Origin: Octopus vulgaris
Taxonomy: Eukaryota
Length of the DNA stretch: 64,000 bases
NCBI GenBank assembly: GCA_951406725.2
Contig: OX597820.1
Location: forward strand, 94,302,001-94,366,000
Direction of reading: 5' to 3'
A program made the position numbers and the translations under genes. Below the pieces are notes generated by a model that searched no databases, was not told the origin of the DNA, and saw nothing but the letters and a program-made list of their open reading frames with translations. Shown here in pieces: positions 12,540 to 25,870 of the stretch. Within the stretch, counting starts at the first letter, position 1. The number at the start of each line of letters is the position of its first letter.

Positions 12540-13302
12540 GCTCTTTTCTGTTTGGCTACTAATTTTTAATCTTTTTAATTCCTGCTCGAATTGATTTCAT
12601 TTTCGATGTAATGATATCGCTTTATATGCTAATCACTGCTTTGAAATTCATTTTCCCAATAAATCAATAAATAGTTATTAGCTTTTAAAGTTTGAATATT
12701 TTAAGTAATAATGTCTTCGTTGCTACAGGCTCGACAACAAACCTGTGAGAGAGCGGCCTATAATTTGACAATTTGCCCTCTTCGACCTGACGAACAGATA
12801 CATTCATGCCTATTTCCATAGTCACAAGCCAATCATGAGAACTCTTTTGTCTGCGAGAAAGCACGTGTTGACAAATATATTCCACTCAATGACGTGGTCG
12901 TCAGATATGTTTAAAATAACAACCAAATAGGCCTTAAATCAAGCACCCCCTTATTTTTTCTTTGCATAATCGCATGAATTACCGTGTGTTAGCAAAATTT
13001 TCTGAAAATTCCAAAAGAATAAAAAAAGTTACGAGGGGTTATATGGCGTACATAAAGAAGAATTTCATTTGTTTACAGTTCTCAACACGTGCAGTCACGC
13101 ACAAAATGACAGCTTCCAAACACTGCTTTCTAACCGGATGAAAACTGTAAAGCTTTAAACCACCATAACCTGTTTAAAAATTGGTGGGGGGGGGTGAGAT
13201 ATCTCCTGAGATTCAGCTTGGAAAACTACATTAATATACCAAATTTTTAAACTTTCAATAAACTTTGAATTTTGAAACATTGGCAACCAAACTGAAAAAT
13301 CC
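12540..13302 (+). mobile_element. ~750-bp non-autonomous TIR element (MITE-like), copy 1
   Basis: Left end CTTTTCTGTTTGGCTAC, right end GGCAACCAAACTGAAAAATCC; interior matches 33480-34178 and the reverse complement of 53519-54245. Confidence 0.7.
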
Positions 13303-13603
13303 AGTTGTTTATATTTCTGCAATATACAAGATATTATTTTTTATATATATATACAATTCCTAATATTTAATTTTAAAAATATAGAAAGATTTCTTTGATA
13401 TACATCGAATGGACCAGTAAAGACCAGTAAAGTAAAATAGGAATTCAAAGGAGCCATGAGCAAAAAATAGATGAGAAACACTGATGTAACAGGTTAAGCA
13501 ATTACCTTGGATTTCTTTGTCGGCTGGAATTTTTAGTGTTCTTTCTCCCAAACTATTCCTCTTAAATTTGTTCCTTCTGCAGTCTTTGTGTGTGTGTGTG
13601 TGT

Positions 13604-13642
<39 letters not shown>

Positions 13643-14144
13643 ATAACTGTGGTGGGTATCTCAATTAGATTTGAATTGCCCTCTTTTGCATGAGGTGAAA
13701 TATATATAAATACACAACGGTATTTATTAGAAGAGTGATTATGGAAAAAGAAAAGGATGTTCTTAAGTTCATAAACGTTTCTAGATGGTTTGGCTCACCT
13801 TCTGAATGAACTGTGGAGAACAATGATATTTTTATTACTATATATTTTGTTGCAGACAGCAAGGATCGTTGAGAATGTGTTATAAATGACAAATTATTGT
13901 CAATGGATCTAAAATTGACTAACATTATCTAACATTCATGAACAGAGGTCTTGTTCTTCGGTTTTATCACACCACCATTCTCCTTTATCTTTGTCTGTCA
14001 TTCTCTCCCCAATCTTACATTTCAATCTTTCTATTTACCACATACACTCTCTCTCTTTTCTCCCTCCCTCCCTTTCTCTTTCTTCCTCTCTATTTGGTCT
14101 CTCTTTGTTTCCTCATCTCTCTCCCTTTCTCCCTCACGTTCCCC

Positions 14145-14186
<42 letters not shown>

Positions 14187-14391
14187 CATTCACACACACA
14201 TATTCACACACTCTGCTAACTCCTTTCATCTTGGTTAATATATTACATCGCTCGCTATGATCGAGTATTCGGTTGCTTATAAATTTGTTTCTGTGCTTTT
14301 CTTAGTTTAAGTTTGATATAACTGTTCTACTTTGGGATCGTCCAAATCTTGAAATATATTCATATGTATATATGTATATATATATATGTGT

Positions 14392-14670
<279 letters not shown>

Positions 14671-15819
14671 TTGGACTGGTCGGTCACGTGATATCACGTG
14701 ATCACGTGATATATATATGTGTGTGTATGTGTGTGTGTGTGTGTACATACATACATAATAGAATGTAGTCGCAAGAAAGAGGTAGTGAGGGGAAGTTAGC
14801 AGAAAAGGCATCAGTGAGATATACGCACATATCCTCCACTTCTCTTTCATTTATTCTTCTTTAAGCCTCCACCCTTCTCATCAGTGTCATTGCGCTACAG
14901 TTGAACCATATAAACTGTCTTCAAATACTGTATCTGAAACAAGTCAATTTGGCATAGGAAATTTAAGGGTCGCATTGACACTCAACGTGCTAGAAATGGC
15001 ACCTAAATCTCACCCTTCCATCTTAAGTACGTTAAAAGTCTCGTTAGTAATATAGTCCTAAATGCCCCTAAAAAGACGGGTTTGTTATGGCTGGGATACG
15101 TTTGATCATAGGTCTGCTCATTTGGAGATTAAATGGAGCTTAACAATAACATTAATGTCAACTTTTGGTAGGATTTAAATGAATCACTTCAAAGCACTGA
15201 AACGCTTGACGAACGGATAATGTTCTCGATGTTTACAGTAGTAATACATGTAACTCTATTTAGTGCCTACTTAATAGCTTCACGAATAAAATATTTGATG
15301 TATAGGGACTATGAGTACTGTACAATGCTGGTGAAACTGATACGATTCAGTTATCTATACCTCTCTAATTGATAAGGATAGATGATGTTTAAACTTCAGA
15401 GAGCATGCTTTAAAAGTCCGTGAATAGAAGAAATATGAAACTATTAAACTTAGAAGAACTTCCACAATCTCACAGAAACTCTATATCAGGCCCTGATTAT
15501 GCCATTCAGTTATTATTTCCTATGTAATAACATCCGTGTGAATAACAACATGGTTGATTGACCTGCTAGAAATAGCAACCAAATTTCCTTTCAGTTATAC
15601 CCCATTGTGTTAAAAAAATGGAAGGATGCATGATATAGTTTTAAATGCAAAATCACAATGTTTGATGAAGAGATCAACGCTAGAACGCTTTGATCGCTGA
15701 TCTGCTTAATCAATGTTAACTTACGACTAATTATCCACAAAAAGCACTTTGGGAATTTATTACCGAAAATACCCAAAATGGAAAATACACCTGGTTCCAA
15801 AACAAATACAATTAAACTT

Positions 15820-15935
15820 CCCACCATCCGGATATGAAGACAGTACACCTGAACATTATGTCCCGAGGATATGGGTCAGTTATCCAAAGTAAAGGAGAAC
15901 ACTGATGCCCATAGTAGTTGGAGATTTCAATTTCT
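15820..15935 (+). mobile_element. Possible LINE APE-endonuclease fragment
   Basis: ATA GTA GTT GGA GAT TTC AAT TTC encodes IVVGDFNF, resembling the APE GDFN motif. Confidence 0.3.
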
Positions 15936-16014
15936 ACATAATGTTTATAGTTAGTGGTTATAGTTCTGTACTTGCATCTGTTACCGTTGACATTCTTTCA
16001 TTTTTAGCCTTTTA

Positions 16015-16700
16015 GAATTTACTTGCTTTATTCATTAACAGCAGCTATGCTGGAGGCACCGCCATGAAGACTTTAATGGAACCCCAGTACGTTTCTTTTA
16101 TACTTATTCTATAAGTTCGTCTTTTTTTTTTGTCTTTTGTTTTTTGCTGAACCGTTGATTAAGGAAAAACAAGCAAACCAATACCAGTTGTCAAGCGTTA
16201 ATGGACACAAACAGAGATACGTACACACACAAACACACACACACACACACATTTTGGTTTTTATCTTTTACTTGCTTCTATCTCATTAGACTGCAGCTAT
16301 GCTAGGGCACGGCCTTCAAGAATTGTGATCGAACGAATCGACCCAGTTCTTATTTTTCTTTAAGCCTGGTATTTATTCTGTCGGTCTCTTTTGCCGAATT
16401 GCTAAGTTTCGGGGACGTAAACACCCCAACACCGATTGTCACGTGGTGTGGGGGAGACATAGACGCAAACACACACACACACATACATATGTACAAAAAC
16501 ACATATATACACACATGAATGCACGCACACACACACACACACACACACAACAGGTTTCTTTCAGTTTCTTTCTCTCAAATCCAACCACTAAGTTCTGGTC
16601 GACCCAGGGCTCTAATAGAGGACACTTGCTCAAGATATCACGCAGGGAAATTGAATCTGAATCCACGTGGTTGCAAAGCGTGGTTCTTAATGACACTGCG
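16015..16700 (-). mobile_element. Two diverged SINE family A copies in tandem
   Basis: Family A 3' half at 16015-16230 and near-complete copy at 16260-16700. Confidence 0.7.
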
Positions 16701-16859
16701 TTGAAAATGTTATCAAAATATTTATGCATCAAATTGGAAAGTTGGTATTTTAGTGCAAAGAATGAAAGAAGAAAATGGGGAAAAATATGCAAAGCTCCTC
16801 TGTTCGACTCTTCACTAAAGGTTCTTAAATGGTACGCCCTGTCACACTGAGTTAATTGC

Positions 16860-17175
16860 ATTCCGTCGGTTACGGCGATGTGGGTTCCAGTTGATCCCAT
16901 CAACGGAACAGCCTGCTCGTGAAATTAACGTGCAAGTGGCTGAGCACTCAACAAACATGTGTTCTCAATGTAGTTCTCAGGGAGATTCAGCGTGACATAG
17001 AGTGTGACAACGCTGGCCCTTTCAAATACAGGTATTATTAATTTTTGCCAGCTGAGTGGACTGGAGCAACGTGAAATAAAGTGTTTTGCTCAAGGACACG
17101 TCATGATGCCGGGATCTGAACTAGCGACCTTACGATTGTAAGCTGAATATCCTAACCACTAGGTCACGTACCTTC
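16860..17175 (-). mobile_element. SINE family C variant (shared 3' half, different head and central domain)
   Basis: Reverse complement matches 21935-22105; head carries GTGTCCTTGAGCAAAACAC...TGCTCCAGTCCACTCAGCTG, also seen at 18160-18250. Confidence 0.75.
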
Positions 17176-17304
17176 ATCACACTGATTTATTGATCAAATA
17201 AAGGAAAAAGTGCTTAGTTCTTTTCCATAATTTAGATTATTTAAGTTTATAGATTTTTATACAATACCTCTTTTGAAAAGTATCTTACTTTTAATTCATA
17301 TACA

Positions 17305-17442
17305 GAGCGCAGGCGTGGTAAGAGGTTTGCTACCCAATCATATGGTTCCGGGTTCAGTCTCACTGTGTAGTGTCCCAATCCGACAAAAGCTTTGGGGGAA
17401 GATTTGATACACGGAAACTTAATGAAACCAGTCGTGTGTGTA

Positions 17443-17489
<47 letters not shown>

Positions 17490-17569
17490 GCATGTGCGTG
17501 TGTGTGTATGTGTGTGCGCGTGCGTTTGTATGTGTACGTGTGTGTATGAGTGTATGTGTGTGTGTGTGT

Positions 17570-17606
<37 letters not shown>

Positions 17607-17795
17607 TCCTCCACCACCGTTTAACAACCGGTGTTGATTTACTTACGCCCACCACCACCACCACCCCGCAACCTTCCGATTCGGCAAAAGAGAGCAATAG
17701 AATAAGTACAGATTTTAAAAAGAATAAGTACTGGAGTCGATCCATGCTCAAACATGGCCGCAGTCCAGTGAATGAAACAAGTAAAAGATAAGAGA
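17305..17795 (+). mobile_element. SINE family A, diverged, with expanded internal microsatellite
   Basis: GGTTCCGGGTTCAGTC head, GATTCGGCAAAAGAG..ATAGAATAAGTAC body, GTAAAAGATAAGA tail. Confidence 0.75.
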
Positions 17796-18412
17796 GCGCA
17801 CCGAAACATTTTTATTTGCTCTGAAGAGAAGTACGAATAAAAGAAGTCTGAGAACCATTGTTTTGTGTTATTGTTCGAAGTACAGATATCAAAGAGCAAA
17901 CCTTGATAAGTGTCCAATTTCCTTTTCTTTCTATTTTTTGTTTTATTTTTTTATTTATTATCATTGTTACTATTTGCCTAAATGCTTGAAAATATAACTA
18001 AACCATCGCTGTCACTTTCAAGGTCCGTATGTGCAACGCTTTCACTGATTGTTTTAGGTGCCTGCGTAGTCGCAGACTGATATAAATACACTTCGGATTT
18101 CTATACCTTTGACTCAGTAGAATAGCAGGTCTGCGGAAGCCATGGGCTGGTACTCTTCTACAGCTAAGTTGACTGGAGCAATATGAAATGAAGTGTTTTG
18201 CTCAAGGAGGTAACGCACCACCTGATCCACAAATCGAACCTGCAATCTAACCAAACACTATGCCACACATCTTCGAAGCATACAATACCATACATCTTCG
18301 AAACATACAGACAAAAGACTTATTAACTGACAAGTATACATACATACATACATACATACATACATACATACATACATACATACATACATACATACATACA
18401 TACATACATACA

Positions 18413-18444
<32 letters not shown>

Positions 18445-19280
18445 GAAGAGAATTCATGAAACTAGGGGTCGGGAACATTGTAGCCAATTATCCCAAATTA
18501 TATGTATTAATGCCGACGTTACCCACTTGATTTGAAAGGAAGAAAATCATAGATTCTTTGAATTTACAAAGTTTATTGAATCTGTTATGGAGAATATAAT
18601 TATAATGTAAAAAGGCATCGGGGGCTGGGGGGCGCGGAGCATAACCTGCGCGCAGATATTTTTTTTTTGCAAATTATAGTTTAGCTTACAATGCGTTGCT
18701 TACCCATGCTTTTTAATTGAGTTGAATTAATTTCTTTCTATTTTTTTAAGTATCCTCATCATAGGTATTTATACTCTGGTGAAATTAAGAAATCAACTCG
18801 TAAATAAACGAAACCTTCGAATCCATCGCTGTACACACACATACAGAGTCGCATATCTATGTATTTATGCATGCATGTATGTACTTATGCATGTATGTAT
18901 GTATGTATGTATGTATGTATGTATGTATGTATTTATGTATGTATGTATGTATGTATGTATGTATGTATGTATGTATGTATGTATGTATGTATGTATGCAT
19001 ATGTATGTACCCACACGTTTCTACACGCGTAGGTACACCATGATTTATACAAACGCAGACGAGGGTCGATTCATATGAAAAAGAAAGTGAACAAAATAAT
19101 ATGACCACTTGCTTATCGGGAAATTTGTAAGTTCGATTTAAAAAGAATTATTTTTAAGTATCACCATTATAAGTATTTATACGCCGGTAAAATTAAGAAA
19201 TCATGTAAATAAACGAAACCTGGGATCCATCATTGTACACATACACATACACACACACATACACACGCGCACACAGTCGC

Positions 19281-19311
<31 letters not shown>

Positions 19312-19637
19312 TGCATGCATGTATGTATGTATTTTTGTATGTATGTATTATTCTGTAATATCCTCATTATGAAACAGAAGTATTTTTCTAGAAACTTTTT
19401 CACTTCAGGTTTTGGAAAAACGTTGTGGTTTCACTTTTGTTACAATTACTTCAGAGAAATTTGGATACAGTCTTCGGTGTCCAATCGATTACCCTGCTTT
19501 GTTTTTATGTTCATCAGAGTAAAAAAATCATTGTCTGCAAAGGTAGGTTGCTGCAAAAGGCAGCAACTAGTTGACTGCCTTCTCATGCCAAAAGAAAATT
19601 TTCGGTCGTAATAAGGAACACGTTTATATATATATAT

Positions 19638-19677
<40 letters not shown>

Positions 19678-19959
19678 ATGTATATATCTATATATCTATA
19701 TATATCTATATATATATATATATATAATTTTACTTATGTCTAATGAGTCCTCATTACCCTCAAGAATTTCATTTTTACCCCCACTTGGGGTAATTTACTC
19801 CGGTTCGTCGACCTGTGCCCAAATATATTTTCAGTCTTGTTTAAGAATCGCCAAGTATCAGCTAGGCATTGGAAAGGACAGCAGGTGCAAAGTTATCAAA
19901 ATTATTTTGAAGAAAATGTTAAACTGTAATCTAATGATATTTATTGTGTTAAATAGGGT

Positions 19960-20175
19960 GGTGAATTGACATAATCGTGAGCAGACTGAGCAAAATGCTT
20001 AGCGGCATTCCTTCGTCTTTACGTTCTGAGTTCAAATTCTGTCAAGGATGACTTTGCCTGGCACCCCTTTCGGGGGGTCAGTGTAAAAAGGTACCAGTTG
20101 AGTAATGGGATCTATGTAATCGACTTATCCCCTTTCTTGAAATTACTGGCCTTGTGCCAAAATTTGAAAACCAAT
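19960..20175 (+). mobile_element. SINE family B, diverged
   Basis: CTTTACGTTCTGAGTTCAAATTC and GTAATCGACT...CCTTGTGCCAAAATTTGAA motifs. Confidence 0.7.
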
Positions 20176-20411
20176 ATATATGGTGCTAAGTGACAATTAC
20201 TTCTGATCATGAGGTTTTCACAAGACACAGAAATAAAATTCGGACAAGAAAACTATTTGACTTTTGTAGTTATTTTGTAATAAACACTAAGACAACTACT
20301 GGTGTCAGCGCTCTATCTATTTGCCCTACCCACAACATTGAGAGCATCACATGCTTCAGAGTGCATATAGATTGTTGGCACAGTAATTCACAGAAGATTG
20401 ACGCAAAACTT

Positions 20412-20790
20412 CAGGAGTGGCTGTGTGGTAAGTAGCTTGTTTACCAACCACATGGTTCCGGGTTCAGTCCCACTGCGTGGCATCTTGGGCAAGTGTCTTC
20501 TACTATAGCCTCGGGCCGACCAAAGCCCTGTGAGTGGATTTGGTAGATAGAAACGGAAAGAAGCCCGTCGTATATATGTATATATATATATGAGTGTGTG
20601 TGTGTCTGTGTTTGTCCCCCTAGCATTGCTTGACAACCGATGCTGGTGTGTTTATGTCCCCGTTACTTAGCGGTTCGGCAAAAGAGACCGATAGAATAAG
20701 TACTGGGCTTACAAAAGAATAAGTCCCGGGATCGAGTTGCTCGATTAAAGGCGGTGCTCCAGCATGACTGAAACAAGTAAAAGAGTAAAC
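20412..20790 (+). mobile_element. SINE family A, full length
   Basis: GGAGTGGCTGTGTGGTAAG A box, GGTTCAGTCCC B box, complete body and tail. Confidence 0.9.
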
Positions 20791-21031
20791 CTTTAAATGT
20801 TTATTACTAGTCGCTGACCTCTTCGTAATACGTCAATATTCATGTTGCAGCGAGTCTCCATACGATTGTTCTACGTGCTATATTTAGCGGCTAGACCTCC
20901 CTGAGCTCCTGTCTTACCATCTTAAAATGAATAAATATACCGTAAACGTATTTTTAAATATAATATTTCATAACTGGTTTCATCCAGAGGTTATAGTCAT
21001 GATGGGGCACTGTCATTAAAATAAAACGTTG

Positions 21032-21107
21032 TGGAGGGGGCTGGTGATTAAAAAGCCGAGGTCCTTCTACATGTAAAGCGAACGCTCTACCACTGAACTA
21101 CGTCCCC
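21032..21107 (-). pseudogene. tRNA-Ala-derived pseudogene (anticodon now TAC, T arm destroyed)
   Basis: Minus strand GGGGACGTAGTTCAGTGGTAGAGCGTTCGCTTTACATGTAGAAGGACCTCGGCTTTTTAATCACCAGCCCCCTCCA follows the metazoan tRNA-Ala(TGC) pattern. Confidence 0.7.
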
Positions 21108-21732
21108 GACAGATAGATACATCCCACTAAGATATGTAAAAAAAAAAAAAATAATAATAATAATAATAAAAAATAATTTTTAAAAAACCAGAAAACACTT
21201 GCCGGAACATGGGTTGAATGATGTAAGTTTATCGCAGAGAAATATTTTTTCCAGCACTTTTAAATGCCAAAAGAGAGCGACGAAAGGAACTCCAAAAGGT
21301 GAGTTTTGCTCCGAATATAATGACATAAATACAATCAAACAGTAACATTTACATAAAAATGCGAGCCCATATGTGGTCGCTCAAACTCATAGAAATAGCC
21401 TTCTCATTCAAATCATTTCTTACTGTCTTGAAAAAAAGAAAATAGACTTGTGTACAAACTCGTTGCCAGACATTAGTGCCTGGTGGTGCTTCAGAATATG
21501 CTGGGGGGGGGGGGGAGCACTAATTTGTAATAATGCTAAAAATGGAGTTCGAAATAAGTGTGTCACTGTAAATCTAATGGTGCACCATTGAATAGTGAGG
21601 GGAAAGTGCCGTCCAATGCGTCCCCTTATTGATGGGTTTGCTTGTATATCAACGATACCGTTGACCTGACTACATCTTAGCTTCAAAAAAGTGAGACACG
21701 GTCAATGGCCCAGTGGTTAAGGCAGTGGACTT

Positions 21733-22115
21733 TGGAGGCGCAATGGCCCAGTGGTTAAGGCAGCGGACTCGCGGTCGTAGGAACGCGGTTTCGATTCCCA
21801 GACCGGGCGTTGTGAGTGTTTATTGAGCGAAAACACCTAAAGCTCCACGAGGCTCCGGCAGGGATGGTGGTGATCCCTGCTGTACTCCTTCACCACAACT
21901 TTCTCTTACTCTTACTTCCTGTTTCTGTTGTACCTGTATTTCAAAGGGCCGGCCTTGTCACTCTCTGTGTCACGCTGAATATCCCCGAGAACTACGTTAA
22001 GGGTATACGTGTCTGTGGAGTGCTCAGCCACTTACACGTTAATTTCACGAGCAGGCTGTTCCGTTGATCGGATCAACCGGAACCCTCGTCGTCGTAACCG
22101 ACGGAGTGCTTCCAT
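21733..22115 (+). mobile_element. tRNA-derived SINE family C, full length
   Basis: A box TGGCCCAGTGG, B box GGTTTCGATTCC, 3' structured end GTTCCGTTGATCGGATCAACCGGAAC; 3' half also at 16860-17030 and 62620-62790. Confidence 0.85.
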
Positions 22116-22509
22116 CCACCTTGATCATTAGTCAACCGAATCAGGACTAGTCTGGTTTGAAACAACAGCTCCAAAGAAATAAATATTTCAGAAATAATAA
22201 CAGTAAATACAAAGTTGTCATCTGGATTATCTCCCTTTCCAGTGTCACACCACAGCTCAGAATATATACTCGTGATACTTTAGACATGAAAATAAACCTG
22301 TTCATAAATAAATAAATATATAACTAAATAAACGAAGATAGATAGTCGAAATACTGCAATAGAGTAACGGCCTACAAAATATCGTTTATGAAACTAGAAG
22401 AATTATCGTCACACGACATTCGCGTCAATATACTTAATTTTTTAAAATACCCATACTCATATGCAGCACATTAAATCACTGTTACAAGATTAAAAAAACT
22501 CTAACTAGT

Positions 22510-23590
22510 GATGTTGTCGCTACTTCTGTTGCCATGCCATGAATGTGTTGTTCTTAAAACGAATGCTAAAGGTATCCTAGACTGGTCTACAGTAACAAGC
22601 GTCGAAGAAAACTTCCTGGCAGGCTGAGTTCGTTGGCCCTCGAATAAGAAGACCAAGCCTTGGGCATTTGGTGGCAACGGGAGAATGGAAAGGATGAAGA
22701 GGAGAGAAGGAGAAATGATGGAAGATAATTATGTTGTAAGAAATAGAAAGATAAAGAGAAAGAGAAATAAATCACCTCAAACGAAGCTAGAAAGAAAGGT
22801 AAAAGAATGGCTGGAAAATTCAACGCTTTAAATGAGGACGAAGAAGAATGACAGGATAGAAATACTGAAATTGAGGACCGTTGACCGTTAAGACAGAAAA
22901 GAGGCAGGCACCAACGACATCCAACAGAAAGGGGGGGGAAGGAAAAGGTGGAAGAAGAAGAAGAAGAAGAAGAAGAAGAAGAAGAAGAAGAAGAAGAAGA
23001 AGAAGAAGAAGAAGAAGAAGAAGAAGGAGACGAAGAAGAAGAAGAAGAAGAAGAAGAAGAAGAAGACGAAGAAGAAGAAGAAGAAGAAGAAGAAGAAGAA
23101 GAAGAAGAAGAAGAAGAAGAAGAAGAACAAGAAGAAGAACAAGAAGAAGAACAAGAAGAAGAACAAGAACAACAACAACAACAACAAGACGAGAAGGAAG
23201 AGGAGGAGCTATACAGGAATAAACTTTCTCGGATATACTGTGGATGTTAAGAATAAATATGCAAATATTTATTCACTGTAGATGTTGCAAACTAAATTAC
23301 TTGGCAATTGAAATGAACAGCCAGGCTTTTGTAAGGCGTTCATTCTGCAAAACTTTGACTGGACTCGGAGTTATTGGTGCAGCAAAGAGGAGATCCATAA
23401 AAAGCCATTACTGAAACTGCAGAGAAAACCACTCGGTATCTTTGAATAAAGAGGGGAGACCAGTGGTTGGCTTCTACTAGGATGCTAACCAAGACTTGAT
23501 TAGCCTCAGCTTGGTCAACTAAGTGAGGGGTTTGACGTTGAAAGACCCGAAAGCCCACTGGAAATGATTCATCTCAGATCTGCGAGATAG
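22510..23590 (+). mobile_element. HERO-clade-like non-LTR retrotransposon 3' remnant, interrupted at ~22720-23250
   Basis: Frames give EFVGPRIRRPSLGHLVATGEWK and KTLTGLGVIGAAKRRSIKAITETAEKTTRYL*IKRGDQW (resembling the HERO C-terminus EAAERASRWLWIKR), then a 3' UTR with GACGTTGAAAGACCCGAAA. Confidence 0.6.
22951..23190 (+). repeat. ~240-bp (GAA)n tract grading into (GAAGAAGAACAA)n and (CAA)n
   Basis: Direct reading of the sequence. Confidence 0.97.
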
Positions 23591-23707
23591 CTTGAAACTA
23601 AACAAAATTGATTTCAAATTTTGACACAAGGACAGCCATTTTGGGTGGGGGAGTAAGCCGTTTACATCGACCCTCAAAGGATGAGAGCAAAGTCAACCTC
23701 GGACGAA

Positions 23708-23942
23708 ATACCTATTTCTTTACTACCCACAAGGGGCTAAACACAGAGAGGACAACAAGGACAGACAAACGGATTAAGTCGATTATATCGATCCCAGTGC
23801 GTAACTGGTACTTATTTAATCGACCCCGAAAGGATGAAAGGCAAAGTCGACTTCGGCGGAATTTGAACTCAGAACGTAGCGGTAGACGAAATACTGCTAA
23901 GCATTTCGCCCGGCGTGCTAACGTTTCTGCCAGCTCGCCGCC
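23708..23942 (-). mobile_element. SINE family B, full length
   Basis: Reverse complement of the 60725-60958 type; flanked by older family B fragments at 23605-23705 and 24060-24220. Confidence 0.88.
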
Positions 23943-25452
23943 TTACATTGACTGTATATATTCATCAACACACTACGCCTGTATGTTATGTTATAGCAAA
24001 GAGAATACTATTATTTCTGTTACTAATCTGGCCGCACATTTATCTTAATATTTCCTTAATGGTTAAGCATTTCGTCTATCTTTATGTTTTGAGTTCAAAT
24101 TCCGCCGAGGTCGATTTTGCCTTCCATCCTTTCATGGTCGATAAAATAACTACTTGTTGAGTACTGGGGTCGATACAATTGACTGAAATGGCAGACCTTG
24201 TGTCAAAATTTGAAATCAATATTTCTTTAATGATTTTGTCGGAAGGGAAAAGGCAGCGCTTCTGTTCTTTTACAGAAATCCCTGGGCTGTGGGAAAGAAG
24301 GGATCTGACTGTAGAGTGGACTCGGAAAAGGATATCCAAGATGGTGATGTTATGGGTTTGCATAGAACTCTTCAGTTTTGTGCTCGAAACATCAGATAAA
24401 TAAAATAAATATATAAATAAATAAGTAAATAAATAAATAAAGGAGTATAGAGATACAGTTGGTAATAGGTTATAAATGCTGCTCCTAATACGAATGCTGA
24501 GGTTATCCTATACAGGAAGAACAACAGGTGTTAAAGAAAATGACTTCTTTTAATTACATATAAGAGTGAAAACAGGCAGTATTCTTTGGCTCTCAGAGAC
24601 TAAGCGTAGGGCATTTGATGACAACGGGAAAACTAAAAGGAAGAAAAAGCTGAAGGTAAACAGAAAAGCAATATTGGATGCCCTCACTTAAAGGCTACCG
24701 CAGCAGCCGAAGAACCGATCCAATAAAGTGTTTATGTCTGAGGTAGGCTGGTGAGGTGTAGATCTATCATCTTATGATCATCGACGCCTGTAGGCACTGT
24801 ACATAAAAAGAAGCAGACTGTCATTGTAATTTTTCAATTAGCCGTGTCGTTTCTAACTTTAAGAAGTTCTGCTTCTTAAGATTGGCAAAGAGGCAATTAG
24901 CTTCATGACCAAGTGCTCCAATGATTACACTTATTAATCTTAAGTAAAATCGGAAGATTTCTCATCAGCTCGCCATAGACGTCTTCTTTTATCTTTAACA
25001 TTACGGTAACATCTGTTGGGTAAGCGAGTTCTACTACCGCGTACAAATTAATGTATGTATGTATGTATGAATGCATGTGTGTATGCAGATATGTAATTAT
25101 GTATATATTTATGCATGCATGTTCTTTTTGTTGTTGTTTTTCAAATTTTACATTAAGACATAAAGAGCCTGTCATCACCTCAGAAACAAGCCTCTTTTAT
25201 TAGAACATTGCATCAACTGAGTAGTCGTGTATGTATTTTCTTTAAGATTTATTTTAAAGTTCTTGGCATACTCCAAGCTAGTAACTAGCTAACAAAGTGT
25301 TTTTGTTTGCATCAAGACAGTTCTAGAGATTGGTAAATATTTGAATGCGAGTTAATATGTGCATATCTGCGGACGTATGCATGAATGGGTTTACATATTT
25401 GTATTGAGTGTACCTATCTCAAGTATGTATGGTTGTTATTGTGTGTGCGTGA

Positions 25453-25487
<35 letters not shown>

Positions 25488-25702
25488 TGTCTGTCTGTCT
25501 GTACCATGTGCACATTTGGGATTTTGTGTAAAGGCTCATTCAAGGGGAACTGAAATTGAGAATCTTTGTAATGTTTTACAAATCGTCGCTGGACTACGAA
25601 TCGATTAGATTTGGAAGATTCCAGTCGGTTTATGTATGTATGTATGTATGTATGTATGTGTGTATGTGTGTATGTATGTATATATGTATGTATGTATGTA
25701 TG

Positions 25703-25763
<61 letters not shown>

Positions 25764-25765
<2 letters not shown>

Positions 25766-25870
25766 GTCATTATTCAGTTTTATTTCAAGATTTCTTGCCA
25801 ATAGAAAAGTTTTCTAACCTTGATGCGAGGTTCCATCATTGGAATTCAACAACAGGGTATTTTTGCATAT
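25764..25870 (+). repeat. Short interspersed element between (TCTA)n and (TATG)n (family E)
   Basis: TGTCATTATTCAGTTTTATTTCAAGATTTCTTGCCAA...GGAATTCAACAACAGGGTATTTTTGCAT; third copy in the window. Confidence 0.72.

Noticed and set aside
21733-21810. SINE heads as functional tRNA genes
   Set aside because: No closed acceptor stem; they continue directly into SINE bodies
22881-23250. Poly-Arg, poly-Glu and poly-Phe ORFs
   Set aside because: Read-through of the (GAA)n tract
24275-24342. Possible exon after TTCTTTTACAG ending at GTGATG
   Set aside because: Weak donor, no recognisable protein similarity, no partner exons
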